From Thermoproteota archaeon (lineage in GTDB: Archaea > Korarchaeota > Korarchaeia > Korarchaeales > Korarchaeaceae), in assembly GCA_027491395.1 (NCBI GenBank), contig JAOZFI010000056.1, positions 1 to 19,487 on the forward strand: 19,487 nucleotides of DNA, in the 5' to 3' direction. Below, piece by piece: positions 16,139 through 19,487 of the stretch. The notes under the pieces are model-generated. The model was not told the DNA's origin and did not search any database. It saw only the letters and a list, made by a program, of their open reading frames with translations. Numbering within the stretch: the stretch's first letter is position 1; each line of letters begins with the position of its first letter. Made by a program: the position numbers and the translations under genes.

Positions 16139-17465
16139 GTTTGTGAACAGGAAGGAGGAGCTGGAAGCCCTGAAAGAGAGGCTGGAATCTGACTCGTTCG
16201 AGTTCATAGTGGTGATGGGGAGGAGGAGAGTCGGGAAGACCCGTCTCATCTTGGAAGCTGTCAAGGGAAAGGATTACATCTATTATCTGGCGGTTGAAGG
16301 CGGTAACTTAAGATACTTCAAGCTGACGGCATCTCGCCTCGTTCCTCAGGCTAGGTACGCGATGGAGGATTGGGAATCTATATTCGCTTTCCTGAAGGAC
16401 AGGATAGTGGTTATAGACGAATTCCCTAACATGGTGAAGGAGGATCCTAGGGTCGTCTCGGTCTTCCAGAGGATAGTGGACTTACACCTGCGCGGTACTA
16501 GGACGAAGCTGATTTTGTGCGGTTCCTCAGTCTCCATGATGAAGGACAAGGTCCTCTCCTACAAGAGCCCATTGTACGGCAGGAGGACCTCCACCCTCAA
16601 GCTGGGTCCCCTGAGGTTCCCCGATCTCAGGGAGTTCTTCCCCTCCTCAAGTTGGGAGGAGCTTGTAGAGATATACGGCTTCGCTGACGGGGTTCCCTAC
16701 TACCTGAGCAAGGTCAGGACACCCTTCTGGTCTTGGTTGAAGAGCGAGCTAAAGTCACCAGACACGTTCCTCAAAGAGGAGGTAGACTTCCTGCTCAAAT
16801 ACGAGTTCACCGAGCTATCCACCTACAGGAAGATATTGGAGGCCATAGCCCACGGGAAGAACACTCCCAAGGAGATAAGGGACTATACGGGGTTAAGTCA
16901 CTCGGACCTAACTTCCTACCTGAGAAACCTGATGGATGTGGAGCTCGTGGTCAGGGAGGTCCCGGTCACTGAGAGGTGGAGCTCCAAGAGGGGACGCTAC
17001 TACTTAGCGGACAACTTCCTCACCTTCTGGTTCAGGTTCGTGGCGCCAAACCTCTCCCTCATAGAGGAGGGACTTCTAGACGTGGAAACTGTGAGAGCGA
17101 GTTACCCGCAGTATTTAGGAATTATCTTCGAGAAGGTGGCGAGGGAGGTCATGATAAGCCTCATCAGAAGTGGGAGACTTGGCATGAGGGTTACAAGGCT
17201 CGGCAGGTGGTGGGGGAGAGGTGAGGAGATAGATCTGGTGTTGGTAGACGATGAGAAGAGAAAAGCGCTACTCATGGAGGCCAAGTGGTCTGATTTAAGC
17301 TCTAAGGATGTGAGAAGGGTTGTCAGGGAGCTGATGCGCAAGGGACAGCTCTTATTAGAGGGATACGATAAGGAATACCTGATTGTAGCTAGGAGGGCCG
17401 AGGAAGTTGAGGGGGTAAGGGTACTGGACCTCAGATCGTTTGATGAGGTCTTCGGGGGAGCTTGA
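16137..17465 (+). CDS. Archaeal ATPase (ATPase_2/DUF234 type) with wHTH and C-terminal PD-(D/E)xK-like domain
   Basis: MFVNRKEEL, Walker A GRRRVGKT, Walker B VIDEFP, LCGSS, SPLYGRRT, DNFLTFWFRFV and GRWW..EEIDLV....EAKW. Start reassigned to ATG 16137. Confidence 0.92.
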   Translation: MFVNRKEELEALKERLESDSFEFIVVMGRRRVGKTRLILEAVKGKDYIYYLAVEGGNLRYFKLTASRLVPQARYAMEDWESIFAFLKDRIVVIDEFPNMVKEDPRVVSVFQRIVDLHLRGTRTKLILCGSSVSMMKDKVLSYKSPLYGRRTSTLKLGPLRFPDLREFFPSSSWEELVEIYGFADGVPYYLSKVRTPFWSWLKSELKSPDTFLKEEVDFLLKYEFTELSTYRKILEAIAHGKNTPKEIRDYTGLSHSDLTSYLRNLMDVELVVREVPVTERWSSKRGRYYLADNFLTFWFRFVAPNLSLIEEGLLDVETVRASYPQYLGIIFEKVAREVMISLIRSGRLGMRVTRLGRWWGRGEEIDLVLVDDEKRKALLMEAKWSDLSSKDVRRVVRELMRKGQLLLEGYDKEYLIVARRAEEVEGVRVLDLRSFDEVFGGA

Positions 17466-17485
17466 TTGATTCTCCGGTGGGATTG

Positions 17486-18925
17486 TTATTCCAATCCCAG
17501 ATGATGGAGCATGTGATGGTAGTGATCGACGGGCATGAGGTGCCAGAAGGCCCTCTCCACCACTTCGGACAGGGCCGGGTGGATGTGCATCCCCGTGGAT
17601 ATGGCCATGTATGTGGGGTCCCTCGAGTACATTAGTGTAACGATCTCCTGTATCAGGATTGAGGCGTGGGGCCCTATTATGTGAGCCCCCACTATGACGC
17701 CGCTCTCCGCATCGACTATCACCTTAACGAAGTAGTCTTTGACGCCCATTGCCTCACCTTTGGCCGTGTCCTCGTATCTGTGGAACCCTATGAGCACTCT
17801 GTCCTTTCCAAGCTTCTCTACGGCTTCAGCCTCTCTCATACCCACGGAGGCCACCTCCGGGTAGGTGAAAACGGCGTGAGGAACTGCGTGGTAGCTCATC
17901 TTGACCTTGTGGCCCATTATGTTGTAGAAGATGACCTTGGACTCGTAGTTGGCCACGTGCTTGAACAGGTACTTGCCGTTCGCATCACCACAGACCCAGA
18001 CTCCCGGCTGGGAGGCCTCCAGATACTCGTTCACCTTTATCCAGCCCTGCTCATCCGTCTCTATGCCAGCCCTCTCCGGATGGAGTATGTCGGTGTTGGG
18101 TGCTCTGCCGGCAGCCACCAAGATCTCGTCAGCGACGAAGCTCACCTCCTCACCCGTCTCCCTGTTTATCGCGATGAGTTCCTTCTTACCGTCGGGCGTC
18201 TTCCTGGCCTTAACGACCTCGTGATTCGTGTATATGTCCACGAACTTTCCCAGCTCCCTCTTGGCCAGCTTAGAGACTTCAGGCTCCTCTTGAGGTAGGA
18301 ACTGGGGATTCCTTCCTATGATGGTTACCTTGGTGCCCATCGCTGAGAAGAAGTGGCCGAATTCGGCCGCTATATAACCTCCCCCAATTATCGCGAGGGA
18401 ATCGGGCCTCTCGAAGAGGTGGAAGATGGTCCTGTTGGTGTGATAGCCTACCTCCTCCAGCCCCTCTATCGGGGGGATGTAGGGCTTCGATCCCGAGCAG
18501 AGGAGGATGAGGTTCGACTTGATCAGCTTGTCACCCACCTTAAGCGTGTAGGGGGCGACGAACTCCGCCACCTCCTGATAGTAGTCGATGTTGGGGTGCT
18601 GGCTTAACCCCTTCCTTATCATCTCTATCTCCGGATCTATCAGGCTGCGCATTCTCTTCATTACCCTCTCGTAGTCTACCTTCCTTATCTCGACATCTAT
18701 GCCGAAACGATGGGCATCCTCCACGATCCTGAGGACATCGGCGGAGTGTATGAGGATCTTGGAGGGAATGCATCCCCTCGTGAGGCAGATGCCTCCCGGC
18801 TCGTCCTTGTCTATCACGGCTACCTTCATATCAGGATTGTGGTGGAGGAGTCCATCCATTATGTTCATGGCCGTGCCAGTACCTATGGCTATGGCGTCAT
18901 ACTCAATGGGCCCAGGCATGTCCAT
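17486..18925 (-). CDS. Class I pyridine nucleotide-disulfide oxidoreductase (dihydrolipoamide dehydrogenase / mycothione reductase-like)
   Basis: GGICLTRGCIPSK redox disulfide, IIGGGYIAAEF, GRAPN, FTYPEVASVG and HPALSE His-Glu pair. No MerA-type C-terminal CC. Confidence 0.92.
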   Translation of the reverse strand: MDMPGPIEYDAIAIGTGTAMNIMDGLLHHNPDMKVAVIDKDEPGGICLTRGCIPSKILIHSADVLRIVEDAHRFGIDVEIRKVDYERVMKRMRSLIDPEIEMIRKGLSQHPNIDYYQEVAEFVAPYTLKVGDKLIKSNLILLCSGSKPYIPPIEGLEEVGYHTNRTIFHLFERPDSLAIIGGGYIAAEFGHFFSAMGTKVTIIGRNPQFLPQEEPEVSKLAKRELGKFVDIYTNHEVVKARKTPDGKKELIAINRETGEEVSFVADEILVAAGRAPNTDILHPERAGIETDEQGWIKVNEYLEASQPGVWVCGDANGKYLFKHVANYESKVIFYNIMGHKVKMSYHAVPHAVFTYPEVASVGMREAEAVEKLGKDRVLIGFHRYEDTAKGEAMGVKDYFVKVIVDAESGVIVGAHIIGPHASILIQEIVTLMYSRDPTYMAISTGMHIHPALSEVVERAFWHLMPVDHYHHMLHHLGLE

Positions 18926-18945
18926 CCCGGCCTAGAAGAATATGT

Positions 18946-18953
18946 CTTTAAAG
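18946..18953. promoter_or_regulatory. Palindromic TATA box CTTTAAAG, possibly bidirectional
   Basis: Lies about 21-28 nt from the reductase start (18925, minus) and about 20-27 nt from a GC-rich hairpin cluster starting at 18973 (plus). Confidence 0.5.
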
Positions 18954-19159
18954 TACTTGACTCTCGCGAAGGCCCGCGCTAACGAACTGGCGGGATAGGT
19001 CCCAAATCCGAAGTAGATCCTCCGAGGGACCCAGAAGGGCTAAGACTGGCCCAACGCAGGCCCTCATCTAGCTGCCAGCTGGGCAGACTAGGGGCTGCAC
19101 ATTATAATTACCCCGAACTCCCATGACTGCTGAGTACTTTGAGGCGTAATAGTGCTGAT

Positions 19160-19487
19160 ACTTTCGGAACTTTCTTATCTATGTCACACGCTTGATAACT
19201 CTTAAATACGATCTCGATGATCCTTTAAACGATGGAGAGGAGGCTTATTATCGAGGGAGAGAAAGTTCAGGACATAGGATACCGCATGTTCCTCCTAAAT
19301 CTAGCTGGTGAACATGACTTGACTGGCTTCCAAGCTCGTAACGTGGGAAAGAAGGCGGTAGAGGCCCTCTACGAGGGGGACGATGAAGCGGTGAGAGCTT
19401 TCGAATCAGATGTGAGGGTGATGATACCCGAGGGCGCTCGAGTGGATTGGATCCATTTCGAGGACTACGATGGTCCGGTCAAGGACA
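19160..19487. repeat. Right arm of the inverted repeat (pairs with 1-328)
   Basis: Reverse complement of the left end; the last 127 nt are identical. Confidence 0.97.
19232..19487 (+). CDS. Acylphosphatase-domain protein, copy B (5' part only; runs off the right end)
   Basis: MERRLIIEGEKVQDIGYRMFLLNLAGEHDLTGFQARNVGKKAVEALYEGDDEAVRAFESDVRVMIPEGARVDWIHFEDYDGPVKD; 5 amino-acid differences from copy A in 85 codons. Confidence 0.85.
   Translation, partial: MERRLIIEGEKVQDIGYRMFLLNLAGEHDLTGFQARNVGKKAVEALYEGDDEAVRAFESDVRVMIPEGARVDWIHFEDYDGPVKD

Noticed and set aside
17486-18925. Mercuric reductase MerA
   Set aside because: No C-terminal Cys-Cys and no NmerA domain; it retains the HPxxxE pair typical of LpdA and glutathione-reductase-like enzymes.
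1-19487. Linear plasmid, virus or transposon with terminal inverted repeats
   Set aside because: The repeats are coding sequence running off both edges. The cargo is ordinary chromosomal metabolism, with no transposase, integrase, polymerase or capsid gene. The exact 127-nt identity fits an assembly break.
1-19487. CRISPR array, tRNA or rRNA genes
   Set aside because: No regularly spaced direct repeats, tRNA cloverleaf or rRNA-like sequence seen on reading.

Overview
A 19.5-kb, densely coding region that looks archaeal and probably thermophilic, judged from AGG/ATA-rich codons, TATA-box promoters about 23-25 nt before start codons, archaeal ATPases, MNT-HEPN pairs and a C/D box sRNA. The exact lineage cannot be fixed from the sequence. 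The main structural feature is missed by the ORF track: both window ends carry the 5' part of an acylphosphatase-domain gene, and the two copies point outward as an inverted repeat. Positions 1-127 are the exact reverse complement of 19361-19487, and homology continues in a mosaic pattern through the start codons and promoters (about 1-328 versus 19160-19487). Between them lie a PLP aminotransferase with a JAMM protease, a box C/D sRNA, a ferredoxin with an atypical Cys motif, a small MNT/HEPN island including an unannotated HEPN pseudogene, a molybdopterin oxidoreductase, an OB-fold protein with a degenerate AAA-like domain, UspA, PadR, two archaeal ATPases, two methyltransferases, an ornithine cyclodeaminase-family enzyme, a GDPD, a P1B ATPase with a CPS motif and a stand-alone flavin disulfide reductase with a His-rich tail. 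Two intergenic stretches fold into candidate structured RNAs or a MITE remnant. All product calls come from motif recognition only; no database search was run.
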